A DNA stretch of 64,000 nucleotides from the human T2T-CHM13v2.0 reference genome, Homo sapiens. Made by a program: the position numbers and the translations under genes. Below, piece by piece: positions 44,405 through 58,263 of the stretch (its first letter is position 1; every line of letters starts with the position of its first letter). The notes under the pieces were generated by a model. That model was not told where the DNA came from, ran no database searches, and worked only from the letters and a program-made list of their open reading frames with translations. Location: the NCBI RefSeq assembly GCF_009914755.1, contig NC_060931.1. One strand, written 5' to 3'.

Positions 44405-46273
44405 ACCACAGCAGTCTTAAACAAGATAAAAATCTGCTTTGCTCTAAGAAATGTAGAGATAATCATGCTAGGGTTGTTTTAAAGCAAAAAAATAAAAAGT
44501 TATCTGAGACACAGGTGCCTTCCATCTCTTCTTATAGGTTCTAGAGTCTGGAAGAAGGGATTAGGGTGGGATTGGTTCTGGCTGCTACAGCATTAACTTC
44601 ATTAGGAGAAACTCTGGGTGGATTGGGTAAGTCACCATCAGGCTATTGGCCAGTCATGAAATAACAGATATCATAGAAAATCAGAGTGCCCATGGAAGTC
44701 TGTTTTCGGAACTTTACGATGATAAATGTGACAGATCTGGGAGCAAGTTTAATTGCCAGGACAATCTGGAGAGCTGGAGGCATATTCTTTTGGGAGAGCC
44801 AAGAGAGGTGCTTGACAGATGGTACTTTGCCTCAAGCCTGAAAGAATCGAAAGGTTCCTGTCTCATTTTTTCACATCTGTTCTTGGCTCCCTAAGTATTA
44901 CTCTTCTATGTATTCCCCTCACCTAGATGCCAAGTGTTTTCTCTAAGAAAACATTGCATCTTTTCCAGCTGTACTGTAACTTCACTCTGTGACTTGAATT
45001 TAACACAATTTTATTGCATATGAAAATGAAGAGGTCTGGAGATTTCTCTCTTATGCATGAATTGCCAAAATGACATTTCTAAACCTAGAATAATAGTTTT
45101 CTTTAGAGAATGAGATTCGCTAGGACCCACATTCTCTTCAATTAAATCTTAATACGTATAAGTCATGATCTCATTGAAATAAGTCATTGATTCATTTTTT
45201 CCATATTAAAAGATAACAAAAACGGATTATGATAGACTAGAATGCAAATTCTAAGTTGTTTCAGTGCCAAACAATGATTGGTACTTAATTTTATTAGGAA
45301 TGTTATACTAATGCCCAGTTGATTCTGACAAGCATGTCTGGATTTATTTGTAAATAGGTTAGTTAATGGAGACATTTAAAAGATTCCTGAAGGTACCCAA
45401 GAAATAAAAACGCTAAGAAATGAAATCATTGCAAACATATGTCTCGTAGTTGACAAACTCTTCTTTTAAAATGGCAAAGTGCAATGTCCTCCTAAGGAAG
45501 CTATGCTTATCTCTTCCTAGACTGATCTACAACTTAATGCTAATATCTTTAATTTCTTTAACAAACAGTTTAGGTAAGTTACATTTGAGAGTCAAAAGTG
45601 AGGGCAGAGGAGGGACTTGGTGATCAATTTTCCCCACAGCAAACTGAGAAAAGAAAATGAACATGAGATAGTTGACATTCAGAATGTTCTAAAAAATTCA
45701 GAATATATGATTGCCATAAAGTCTGGGGAAGAGAGGCTTACGCAGCATCCTCAAGTACAGATACTGTACTAACACAGGTAATGAGTGAATGGTGTTCAGA
45801 TCATGGGCACTTGGTACTTAAAGAAGCGCAGTGAGACGGAAATAAGGAAAAGCAGGCAAGAGCCCAGCTCCACGTGCTTCATTTACAATCTTGCTTAGAG
45901 TCAGCCCTGTTTAAAATGGAGGTGTGGAGAGACAGAGAGAGACCCAAACCGATCTGTAAGGGACATTAAAGGTTAATAGAACTGCGGGTCAATGTTCAGA
46001 GATTTTTCAACAAGTCTGAGAAGTGTTAAGAAAAGAAAAAAAGACTAATGGCTAAAACCAAATATCATTTCTCTAGATTTAGCCCACTCTTCAGAGGTCT
46101 TGCTTTGTTTCAAATTTTTGAATCCGTTAATTTTAAACATTTGGATCATACCTTGAATTTTTTCCGTCAAATTGTATCACCACATCTAGTCAGACACGCG
46201 GCTTGCTCTTTTCTTTCTTTAGTCTTACGCACGTGAGGAATTTCCACTGCTACAAACCCTCCATCCCTTCAGG

Positions 46274-46374
46274 CTTTCTTTCTTTCCTCCCTTCCTCCCC
46301 TCCCCTCCCCTCCCCTCCTCCCTCCCTCCCTCCCTCCCTCCCTTCCTCCCTCCCTTCCTTCCTTCCTTCCTCTT
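46274..46374. repeat. (CCCT/CCTT)n polypyrimidine tract
   Basis: About 100 bp of uninterrupted C/T. Confidence 0.92.
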
Positions 46375-46645
46375 GCTTTAATGTGTGTATTTATTATTCA
46401 AGAGTTATAAGTAGATATTAATTATATCAGATTTATTTAGCTATGTCATAAATTTCATTTATTGAAAAAAACTGTGTGAAATCAGGACTCTGTAGGTATA
46501 CCTGGAATGCATAGTCATTTTAAAACCAAACTCTCTATTTTGTTAGGACTACGCTACCACAAAAGCTTCTCACCTGCTCCTCCTACCTTCCTTCTCTTCA
46601 TTCAACCATTCACTGCTGCCTAATGAAACGCTCTTAAAACAGAAG

Positions 46646-46960
46646 TTTTGTTTGTTTCTGTTTTTTGTTTTGTTTTGTTTGTTTTTGAGACAGGGTCTCA
46701 CTCTGTTTTTTGTGCTGGTGTACAGTGCCATGATTTTGGCTCACTTGCAGCTTCGACCTCCCAGGCTCAGGTGATCTTCCCACCTCACCTGCCCAAGTAG
46801 CTGGGATTTCAGGCACGTGCCACCACGCCTGGCTAGTTTTTTGTGGAGACGGGGTTTCTCCACGTTGCCCAGGCTAGCCTCAAACTCCTGGGCTCAAGCA
46901 ATCCTCCTCCTTGGCCTACCAAACTGTTGGGATTACGGGTGTGGGCCACCACGCTAGGGC
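46646..46960 (-). mobile_element. AluJ SINE
   Basis: gagacagggtctcactctg and ctcctgggctcaagcaatcctcc (J-type); TSD aacagaagtttt. Confidence 0.9.
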
Positions 46961-47543
46961 ACAACAGAAGTTTTTGAGCTTTTAGAGACAGTAGTGTTTT
47001 CTCAAGGGAAATCTTATTAGGGACATGGAAACAGAGATTTCAATTTGAACAGCTGTGCACTGGCACAGCAGAAAAGACTGAAGCCACACCTATTTGAAAT
47101 CGCTAAAGTTACCACCCATTTTTCAGCAGTTTGGGGCCATTTCCCAAGTCTGCATTTTAATTACTATCACCCAACAACAGTTCCTTCCTTGAATAATTCT
47201 TAGGTTAAACCTTTTTTCACATGTACCCTATAAATATGTACAAATATAATGTATCAATTTTTAAAAGTTACTGAAAACTCCTTAACATCTCACTATTGCC
47301 TTCATGATCCTCAGTCTCCTTTGATTATATTAAAAGATTATATTGAAAATGAGTAGGAAATCAAGTAGAAATATATAAAGAGCATTGCAAAAAGCTAATT
47401 TAGTTTTTAACTTGTCTAATTGAAAACCGAACCTTTCTCTTACTGCTCTTTTAGTAGTAATAATAATGTGTATGGTTCATGAGAAAGGCTATAAAATATA
47501 ACTAAGTTTTACATTATCCTTACATCAGAACTCTGTGTAACAC

Positions 47544-48207
47544 TGATGCAGGAGTTTTCTCAGCCAATTTGCCAACTGGGGACCTCCACGGCCAGTGACA
47601 CACACACCCCCACCTGCTACCAGGGCCACAGTTGGCCTTGGAACTGTCATTGGAGGTGCCCTGCCCACTTGGCCTGCGTGTGCTACAGCTTGTACCCATG
47701 TTCGGCGATTCCCAAGCTCTTGTCCCCCATCCAAGAAGAATGAGGATATGCTGACAATTCGAAGGGTGAAGATGGGTGGAGAGGAATTTTATTGAGCAAG
47801 GGAATAGCTCTCAGCAGAGAAGGCACGTGGGGGTGGTCTCCAACCCCTGAAGTCGGGTGGTTTCTTTCTCAGTGTGGCTGAGTTCAGGACTTCTATGGGC
47901 TCAGAATAGGGGAGTGTGCTGACTGGTTTGAGTATGCAAAAAAGGTTAAAACAAAAGCACCACTTAAAGGTGGGCATGACAGTATAAAAAACAAATTAGG
48001 GAAAGGTAGGTATATGTAAAATCAGTGATGGGTAGGGATCAATCAGAAGAAAGCGCATCAAATGGGAAGACAGGTTCTCAATCCAGTCCATAGATTTGAC
48101 TTGTAGCTTGGCTTTCAGGCTTTAAACTGCCTTTGGTTTGGAGGGGGGATTTCACTGGGGACCTGCCCCTACCTGCCTAGGCATTTGTCTGCCTCCTGCC
48201 ACTATCA
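47544..48207 (-). mobile_element. Solo ERV1 LTR (LTR1/LTR27/LTR28-like group)
   Basis: TGA...TCA termini; 4-bp TSD acac on both sides; minus-strand AATAAA (tttatt ~47788); starts TGATAGTGGCAGGAGGCAGACAAATGCCTAGG on the minus strand. Confidence 0.85.
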
Positions 48208-48244
48208 ACACCTCACAAGTTTCAATAATCATTTGTTGTTTTTT

Positions 48245-48545
48245 TAACTCAACAAATATTTATTGAACAGCTACTATATTTTATATATCTCAGACACTGT
48301 TTTAATCACTAGGAAAAAATATGGCAGTGAATAATATAAACCTGTCTATCCTCATGAAGCTTATATTCCAAAGGAAGAAAAAGGCAATATACAAGATAAA
48401 TTAGAAAAATGTATACTATGCTAAGTATTGGTAAGTTGTAAAATAAAAAACAATCACAGAATGGAAACACAAAGTGTAAAGACTGTGGGTTTGGATAAAA
48501 TGGTCTAAACATGTTTTCCCGCGACATAACTTTTGAGTAAAGGCT
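48245..48545 (-). mobile_element. L2 3' end
   Basis: ctcaacaaatatttattgaacagctactat...cctcatgaagcttatattc. Confidence 0.75.
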
Positions 48546-50247
48546 GATAAATGTTTGTTGAGTGAAACAGGTATGAACAAAAAACAGTAAGACATTTAAG
48601 TGTAGAATTCAATTTAACATTTTATTTATGGAGTACCTGCTATATGTAAGGTTCTGTAGTACCCAATGGGAAAATACTAAGATAAAGGTGTATCTGCACT
48701 TAAAATATCGTATATATTTGTTAATACATAATTGATTAGGTAAAAATAAGTTCATATTTTTAGAGTTCTCTTTAAATTATCTTTAAATTCCCAAAGTAAC
48801 ACTGGAATTTTAAGTAGTTTATTCACCTTACTAGACCTCAGTATCCACTTTAAAATGAAGATTTTCAATGAGCAATAAGATTCTATATCTATCATGGGAA
48901 TGTAGTACTGATAAATGGCGAAGCAGATAATTTTTTCTCACTTTGTAATGGTGACTTTACTGTCTAAAATCTAAGCCAATTATGTAATTATACCAATGGA
49001 AAAATATGCTATATGTATTTGTAGATATTTATCTATAAATATGCTTTTTATTTCTCTCAATCTTTTAAAAAATTATATTCTTTCTAGAGTGCATATTATA
49101 TGAAAAAGGCATAAAGATTTTTGCAAAGCCCCCCCAAAAAAAACAAAACAACAAGCAAACAAAAAACCCAAAGATGAGAAATTATAAGGCTGTTATATGA
49201 AAATAAAGTTTCCATGTACAACTAAATCATTCTAGCTACAAGAACACTTCAGTGGCATTCAGAGCATAGAATTTCATCACAGAATGGAATCTTGTATTGC
49301 CCCTTTTATCCCACACCCGTGTGAGCTTTGGAGGGTTGGGTTCTGCTCACTTCTCTGGTATAATAACATAACAATGCTCATGGGAAGTGTATCATCATGT
49401 TTTTCTTCTTTTTAACAAAAAAAAAACAACATGATCCCAAAGTAAGGGAAAATCAGAAAGTAAGTTTTATTGCCTTTAATATATTGTATTTTTTTTTCTT
49501 ATGGGGACTTTTGCAACTCAGATTAGGGCGTTTTGGAATTATTATCTGAGCTGCAGTGTCAAGAGACTGACTCCCCAAAGATTAACTCCCCAAAGGGTAC
49601 AATGGTGACTCACATGAAGGATGCACACGAAAGGCTTTGTCACTTCGGTAATTGGAGAGCGTTTTTAGAGAGGATGCCAGGCACCCATCAGAGCATTCCT
49701 ACTCTCTTACAAACCCAGTGCTGTTAGTGAATCTTCTATGGATTCAGAAGCTGAGATGAAACTAATGTCTCATATCTGTGGATACAAAAGAAGTAAAGAA
49801 AATATTGATTTTTGATTTTGAATTAGAAATTGTGGGGTCATCCTCTGCCTACTTTGTGAAACAAAATTTCTCACAATTTCCAGAAAAAGGTAATTCATCT
49901 TCTATTATGTGTCTGCTTGTGAGAATTTCTATATAAGCCTGCAGAAAGTGATACCTCACTGAAACTCTGTATCCTTGATCTAAAGATATGAGGATGCAAA
50001 AATGGCTGTGACTGTTGGAAAAATAAGAGAAGCCTATTGTCTTGTTTTATTTTCTGGATTCCAAGATGGTAAAACTGCTCTGATGTTCTATAATTAAGAA
50101 ACGCAATGTCTCTAGAAAGATGGTGATTGGAACGTGAGTAAAAACAAACAAACAAACAAAACTTATTTTGCGAGTTTTCATCCTTGTGCACACAATGGTG
50201 CACTGCCAAATGGAAATGTTTGCTAAGACCAAATACATATAAAAGGT

Positions 50248-50315
50248 TGAGAGAAGAGGGGGGCAGGAGGAGAGAGAGGGGGAGAGAGAGAGAGAGAGAC
50301 AGAGAGAGAGAGAAA
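50248..50315. repeat. (GA)n purine tract
   Basis: gagagaagagggggcaggaggagagagagggggagagagagagag... Confidence 0.9.
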
Positions 50316-50734
50316 GCATGAGTAACTAATACGATTTCCACAATGTAAAAATAGAATTTGACAAGCCAACATTCACTTGGCAAATACTGTGCCCTTCCTC
50401 ATGTTCATCTTGCTCATAAAAATGTCTTTGGGAAACTATTTTATTGAGGTTAGGCATCACAAATCAATCCACGTTTTAAACATTTGGAGTTTCATCTTAG
50501 TTCCTTGGTTCTTCCTTGGAGTTGTTATTCTAAACATCAATTTGTAAATCTTTTCATATCTTCTTAAGCAGGTGTCAAACCAACTCCTTTGGCAGAATTC
50601 GAAAAGCAACTTGTACGCAACTCTAAGACAGATGAATGTATACAAAATTCAGGCTTCATCTCTGCACAGAGATAAGTGTGAACTAAGGTTCATGCTTGTT
50701 TCATCTTGCTTTGGTTTCTCAGTTGCTTTATCTG

Positions 50735-50930
50735 TTTTTAAATAAACTGTGTTGTGTATATTGAAGCTATACAACATGATGTTATATGATATGCATATAC
50801 AGTAAAGTGTATATTATAGGGGAGCAAATTAAAATATCCATCATCTTAAACATTTTTTCCTTTTGTGGCAAAAGCAGCTAAAATCTACTCATTTAACAAA
50901 AATCCTGAATGCAATAAAATATTATTAAAT
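50735..50930 (-). mobile_element. L1MA 3' end fragment
   Basis: gtgtatattgaagctatacaacatgatgttat...caaattaaaatatccatcatct. Confidence 0.7.
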
Positions 50931-51928
50931 ATTTTCTGAATTTTTATTTGAAGTAGTCTACAAATATTTACTAGGTCTTTATTTCTTCTGAGTAAACAAC
51001 ACCAAACAAGATGAGATTTGTGATGTAATGAATACTTGAGTAATCTAAGCGCAATTTAAGGATAAGTCTATAATCCAGGCAGACATATCTAAATAATAAC
51101 CCTTGGAAATAAAGTAGTAAAAGGAAGCACACGCTTTCTAACTTACTTTCCTTGACATGAACTCAGTTTGAGATCAGTATTGAACATGACATTTTCTTTT
51201 TATTTATATACCTCCGTTTATCCACAAGTATTAAGTCAAAATTGATTTTAGCAACAGAATAAAGCTCTGTAGGTTCTGTTCAATGATGTCAAATCTATCC
51301 CTGACAAGTGTCCCATTTTTGCTCTTCCTGAATAGCATGGCTTCAAAAAAATCTAGAAAATGAAAAATTCTATAGCGCAGAAGGTTAATAGTGGTGAATC
51401 TCTAAAATAAGTAGATTGTTTTGGAGTCATGTTTGTGTCTTGAATCACTTTAAAAATTTTGAAAACAAAATTTGATAGATTTTGAAAAAGGTTATGTTTG
51501 CATTTCTGTTGTTAAGGTGATGTTTCCTGGAGTGATCTAAAAAGAACCTATGAGGAGGTGAAATAAGAGAACTAGAAAACAGAAGACAGCATGTTTCTAA
51601 TCCCAGAAATTAGGTTTCTGGGACAGGTAAGGAAAATAAAGAGCCCAGGTGTACAAAATCGATAAAGAGCAAGAATTATTAAAGGTAGTTAAGAGAGCCT
51701 CACTTTCTCATCTAGCATCTCAAGCCACCCATTGTCTCTGGGTGTGTTCTTGGTAAAAACAGACACTTAAAAGTTTATTACTGAGAAAAAGGAAAGAGAA
51801 TAAGATAAAAATACAGTCTTTTGAAAAAAATCTGCCCAATTTTATTGACAAAATTCACCATGCATTTCAATATAGAATGAGGAAACATTAAATTAGGTAT
51901 TATTTGCAAAAGAAAAATGCTTTGTATG

Positions 51929-52085
51929 AGGGAGAAAATAACCATACATATTGAGTACAGTGTACCCTGCTTGAGTGATAGGTGCACTCATATCTCAGAT
52001 GTCACCACTATACAGTTCATCCATGTAACCAAAAACCATTTGTATCCCCAAATCTATTGAAGTAAATAAAAAATTTAAAAAATAA
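51929..52085 (+). mobile_element. L1PB-type 3' end fragment
   Basis: gtacagtgtaccctgcttgagtgataggtgcact...caccacta...catgtaaccaaaaacca; TSD aaaaatgctttgtatg (51913-51928, 52418-52433). Confidence 0.85.
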
Positions 52086-52092
52086 AAATGCA

Positions 52093-52411
<319 letters not shown>

Positions 52412-53419
52412 AAAAATAAAAATGCTTTGTATGTAGTAAAATACTAAAAGTTATGAAAATATTGAATAATAATATTTTAAGAAGTGAAAAATAAAAGTTT
52501 CCCTGAAAGCATAAAGAATATTATCTTTAAAATTCTGTTACAAAATGTTTACTTATAATTTTTTTCAATGAAATGAAGTAGCATTGATACCCTGCTTACA
52601 GAACAGCATGAGACTTGAATCTGAAAGGCAAATAACCAACAGTTAGGAGGGTATAGTACTGTGTGATATATGTATGACTGCTATAGATTCATTTATACTG
52701 ACTGAAACACATGTTCTAATTAACCTGAGTGGGGGTCTTAAAGGATTCCTGGTCAACTGTTATACTGCAATGCATTTTTCTCACTTTATATTTAAGTATA
52801 CCCCCTTTAAAAGATGGAATGCTTTAAAATACATTTACTACATAGGCAATTTGATTAATATTTGTTTTTATTTTCCCTTCACAAATAATTCGATGAGCTA
52901 GCTTATGAAGGCAATGCATCTGCACATTTAGGAATATGTTCCAAATCTAGTCTATGTTTCCATGGGCATTTACCAACTGCATATAACACTCACAGCAAAA
53001 GCTAAACAAGATTAGTGATTCCCAACTACCAGAGGATAAAATCAATTTATCATCCATTCTAGCAGAAGCCATGGAGTTTTATAAGTGATTAAATTGAAGG
53101 AGGCGCTTTGGGCAATGTAGAAATAGAGCATTTCTTGATAAAATGATGAGTGAGGTTGTCAAATCTGTGATAAGCCTGTGATGCCGGCTAGGCAGGTCAG
53201 CTCCTCTGGGACCCTAGTTACAATGGCATTTTCTTATGTTTGACATGTATCTGGATCCAAGGGAGAGAACAGATTTCCCAAAACAACCCTTTATTGTTTT
53301 CTCATTTCCATGTCGAGTAAGTAAAGCATACATTACATATTTGTGTGTTTTCTTCGAATTAAGGTTTGTTCTAGCTGACCACAGAATAGAGACAATAAAA
53401 ATTCATGATGTGGGGGAGA

Positions 53420-53590
53420 GTTAACTGGATTATGTCAGGGGAATTGTTTGTGTCTAGCCCTTGCCTCTGATAATTAGTTACCCTCTGACCTTAGGTGAAT
53501 CACTTTCATCTCCTCGTTTTCAGTTTCCTCCCCTGCAAAATAATGAAGGCAAGCAGAATCAAATGGAAAGTTCTTGCCACCTCTAACAGG
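53420..53590 (+). mobile_element. MIR SINE
   Basis: tgaccttaggtgaatcacttt...tcagtttcctcccctgcaaaata. Confidence 0.7.
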
Positions 53591-56500
53591 TCATTTTTTT
53601 TTTTTTTTGCCTTCGTAAAGCACTACAGTATAAGCATTAAATTTACTTTTGTATAGTGAGTATTTTCAGGACGAGAATAGCATAGGGATAAATGTATGCT
53701 CGGTTTTTTGAGGTTGAATAGTAACCTTAAATTTTGTTGTTGTTGTTATTTCTATTTGCATTCTAAGAATATGCTTGTGCAGAAGTGTAGACGATGGTGA
53801 AGAAATGAGAAAGGGTAAGACATGAGAATAAAGACATAGGAGACTAAACAAGGTAGGCTTATGGGTACAAGTGGTAAGGCCAAATCACCTTCTTCAAAGG
53901 TAGGCCTCAAAATTCACCTTGCCAGAATTTCAAAAGAAGGTCAAAAAAAGAGGAAAATGAGCAGCAAAGATCTACTCAGCCAAATTGTGAGTACTGGATT
54001 AGGACGGATTGTGGAGTGAGGCTCCTTCCTACTTCTTATATTTGCTGGGTCTAAATAGAAGCCCCAGATGTGCCTTGATTGAGGATGGCAAAAAAGTGTG
54101 AATGCTCTGTTGAATGGGACCTCACCACAGCTCTTCCCTGCCCTGATATGTGTCTCCAAGTGTATTTGTAACCCATGCGACGTGAAGAAAACATACAGCC
54201 TTCTTGGGTGATGATCAAGTCTCCTAAGCCTAAATGGTCTCTAGATGTGGCTCTGAGTTCAGGCGGTGATGACTTTCTCAAAAGCCCACAATACACGTGG
54301 ACATGTGCTGATGTCCATGTGGAAACATGCTAAAGGAAAGGAAAGTTAGAAACATAAGAAGCCCTCCATTTACTTCGTCAATTCCTTGAGTTTATAAAAT
54401 TGATCTTTTCAGATACATTCACCGATTTAGCAAATGATGATAAATACATTGAATTTAATCCTGTCTGGTTTATGGCTATTAAAAACAATGAATTTTAATG
54501 GAGAACAATTGAAACTAAAATAAAAATTACAATGAACTAGAATAAAATAGCACAAATTAATTCTGCCAGTCAGAAGTGAAACATTGTAAGATATCCCTTG
54601 TGATCTTCTAGAAGGGTTTTGCTTTCCGAGGCTCTGGCAAACTGGTTGGAAGCTATTGCCTTCCTGATTTTCACTTACTTCATCCCCTAAAAGCCTTCTT
54701 TTTTTTCCCATATCAAGATCAAAGACGAAATCCATGTCTACCAGGCTGTTTGTAGATTTTATCACTTATTTCATGGGGATTGAAGAACTATTAGATGATA
54801 TTTGAGAATAACAGCCAAATGAGCATATTAGCCATTCAGGTATAACAAAAATGGAAGTCAGCAGTCTATCTTTAATTTTGTCACATCCTGTAGACTTAAA
54901 TCATCCAACTGCAGAGCATCTGTTAATGTGTTCTCAGTTCTTGAGTTATAGTTAACCTAATGCCACTGGCCCTACTAAGGGGGAAATTCAGAAACTTCCC
55001 ATTGGAATTGTGGAGTGGGCATTAACCTCGAGGGAATACCAAGGTCCACAGTACATGTAATCTCCTTTCCACTTCTTAATGACCCTGTTTTATTGTGTTC
55101 ATTTTACAATTGTGAAAACTGAGGCTCAGAGTGAACAACGTGTCAGTCTCTGCTCTTCTTGTACATGCACCTACTTACCACTTCTACTTATTGAATCTGG
55201 TCTCAGGACTTAGTACTTTATCTCCTCTGTTTCTAAATTTGGGTTAAAGTTGTGTCTATTGATTAAAAATCTTAAACACTGAAAAAGTATGAATGCACTT
55301 AAATTTCCCATTTCTGAAAAACATTTACTAGTTTTCTGATTAAAACATTGTTTATCTATCTATATCTGTGGTTTGTATAATCATTTTTATCAAGAATTGA
55401 AGGTAATGTATTTTCAAATTAGAAATGTATACTTTACCGTTTACTATTTATTAATAAATAAGTCATATTTTAATATGCTTCTTCCTTCCAGTAAACAACA
55501 CTTCTCTTTTTTTGGAGAGTTCAATGATTTTAGCCAACTTCAGGCTTCTTAGTTCCTGAGTCTACAGTGTACTTCACCCAAACTTGTCTTCATAAGTAAA
55601 TCCCTCATAATCCATATTCATTCTATACTTTCTCTTCTCCAACAAAATTCTTACCTTTCTAGTGTTCTTCTATCCGTCAGAATTAAAAGAAGAGGTCTTG
55701 TCAAATTGATTCTTATTGAATATTTTTTGATGTGATTTCTCAAGTTCTCCCTAAATGATTTTTTTATTTATTCTAACATGTATCTATGATTACTTACTTT
55801 TAAGTAATCATACATATGATTTCCATATATAAACATATATATACATTATATGTATGTAATTTAATATATAATATATTTAAGTAATCATATATATGGTTTA
55901 TATATAAACACATATATACAATTATATATGTTTATTCAAACATATATAAACATATATTCTAACATATACATAAACATAGAATAAACATATATATAATTGA
56001 TTACTTACTTACTAAAGTACTGTACTGGAGTTGAAATAAAGAAAAAGATACATGGAACTCACAGTTAGTAAGAGAAGTTAAAGGTACAAAGTAATAAATG
56101 GCATGTAGTCTGTGTAGATAAAGCATTAATTGAATTCAGAAGCAGGAAATACATCTGGAGATGATCTTGGAGAGCCTATCAATGCAACTGGCATTCACAC
56201 TGCTTCTAAAAGAAGAAGGATTTGGAAATTTAAAGATGGGAAAGGATATCTGAGGAGGAATTATAGCATGAGTCTGCCTAGACCACATCCTCATTTCCCT
56301 TCAGGAACTGTAATGAAGAATTTGGGAGCCTCCTTGGCCATCTTCAATTACTTCACAGAGAGAAACATCAAAATTTCCTCCACCATAAGCCTGCCCTAAT
56401 TTATTTTTGTTTTGTTCTACAGAGCACTCCATTTTTAGCAGAAATAACTATAGATTGCAATGCTTGAAACCAGGTTGTATTTTGTGAAAAATACTTGTTT

Positions 56501-57146
56501 TAAGATAAAACAATTTAATTCACATTACTTAAAATTCTATAAGCTTTTCCCCCCAAACTCAGAGAATTGGATCAAATTGGACTTTAGAAATTTTCATTTT
56601 CAATTCCGTTTACAATCAGTAATAAAATTAAGCATTTTAGATTGACTTTTTCTTTGATTTGTTTATATACACTGTGAACGAAATAATAAAACAAAGTTGT
56701 ATAGGAAGAAAGTTGCAAAAAAAAAAAAAATCCTGTCGGTTCAGAGTTCATTTAGATAAAGGCCCTTTGAGTCATGTTCCTTACTTTCTGGAGAGGAGAA
56801 CTAATTTTTACTCCAGTAGATGGTTCATATATCAATTTAAAGAGGGAAAAATAACACAGAAACACATTTCCAAAAGCATGGGTGCTGAAAAGACTTAGAC
56901 TAATTTTCTCTCAAGAGCACTAATGTGTTAATCTAGCCAAACACAGTCATAGTGTAAGATCAAGAAGTATGATCTATGGTGTCACATTTTTAAAAGTACA
57001 CATAGCATTGAAGAGAAATCTTACCTGTTTCAAAGCAAGTCCTCTACATTCAGCCTTCCATATAATTTCCTGTTGGCTGTGACTTCTTCATACTGCATCT
57101 TAAATAGATTATCTGTACTCTGCCAATGATCTGTCTATTGACATGA

Positions 57147-57414
<268 letters not shown>

Positions 57415-57593
57415 TAATCTATAAACCAAATCTATAATTCCACTAATCTATAAACCAAATCCCCAAGCCAGCACCACACTGTCTTTATTATTGTAATTTG
57501 GTAGTAAGTTTTAAATTGGAAACTGTGAGTTTCACAACTTTTTTGCCCCAACATTTTGACTATTTTGTGTCATTTGCATTCTATATGAATTTT

Positions 57594-57783
57594 AGGATTA
57601 GCTTCTTTTTTTTATCCCTCCCCTTCCTCCCCCCACACCCCGAAGGCCCTAGTGTGTGATCTTCCCCTCCCTGTGCCCATATATTATCATTGTTCAACTC
57701 CTACTTATGAGTGAGAACATGCGGTGTTTGGTTACCTGTTCCTGTGTTAGTTTGCTGAGAATGATCGTTTCCAGGATTAGCTT
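57594..57783 (-). mobile_element. Short L1PA 3'-UTR fragment, truncated at both ends, with A tail and TSD
   Basis: cattgttcaactcctacttatgagtgagaacatgcggtgtttgg; TSD aggattagctt at 57594-57604 and 57773-57783. Confidence 0.88.
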
Positions 57784-58160
57784 TCTAATTCTGCAAGAAT
57801 AGCCACTGGTGTTGTATTGAAGCTGTATATCAATTTGAGGAGTATTGCTGTTTTAACACTGTAACTCTTACAATCCATAAACACTGAATATTCTTTCATT
57901 TCTTTGGGTCTTTAAAAATTTCTTTTAGCAACATTTTGCAGTTTTTAGAGTACAAGTCTTACACTTTTGTGTGTATGTGTGTGTAATTTATTCCTAAATA
58001 TTTTCTTTTTTATATCATTGTAAGTAAAAATTTTTATTAATTTTATTTTCAGATTGTTTATTGCTAGTGTTTTTTTATATTGAAGTTGTATCTTGCCATC
58101 TTGCTGAACTCATTTATTAATTTGATCTTTTTGTGTGAATTCCTTAGAATTCCTAAATAT

Positions 58161-58263
58161 CAGATTATGTCATCTGAGAATAGGTGTTACCAAAACAGAT
58201 TATGTCATCTGAGAATAGGTGTTACCAAAACAGATTATGTCATCTGAGAATAGGTGTTACCAA
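58161..58263. repeat. 35-bp tandem repeat, about 3 copies
   Basis: cagattatgtcatctgagaataggtgttaccaaaa at 58161, 58196 and 58231. Confidence 0.97.

Noticed and set aside
49895-50383. 162-aa minus-strand ORF
   Set aside because: Kept open by (CT)n and (GTTT)n low complexity; no protein-like features.
58161-58263. 35-bp repeats resembling a CRISPR array in unit length
   Set aside because: Head-to-tail copies without spacers, in primate DNA with no cas genes.
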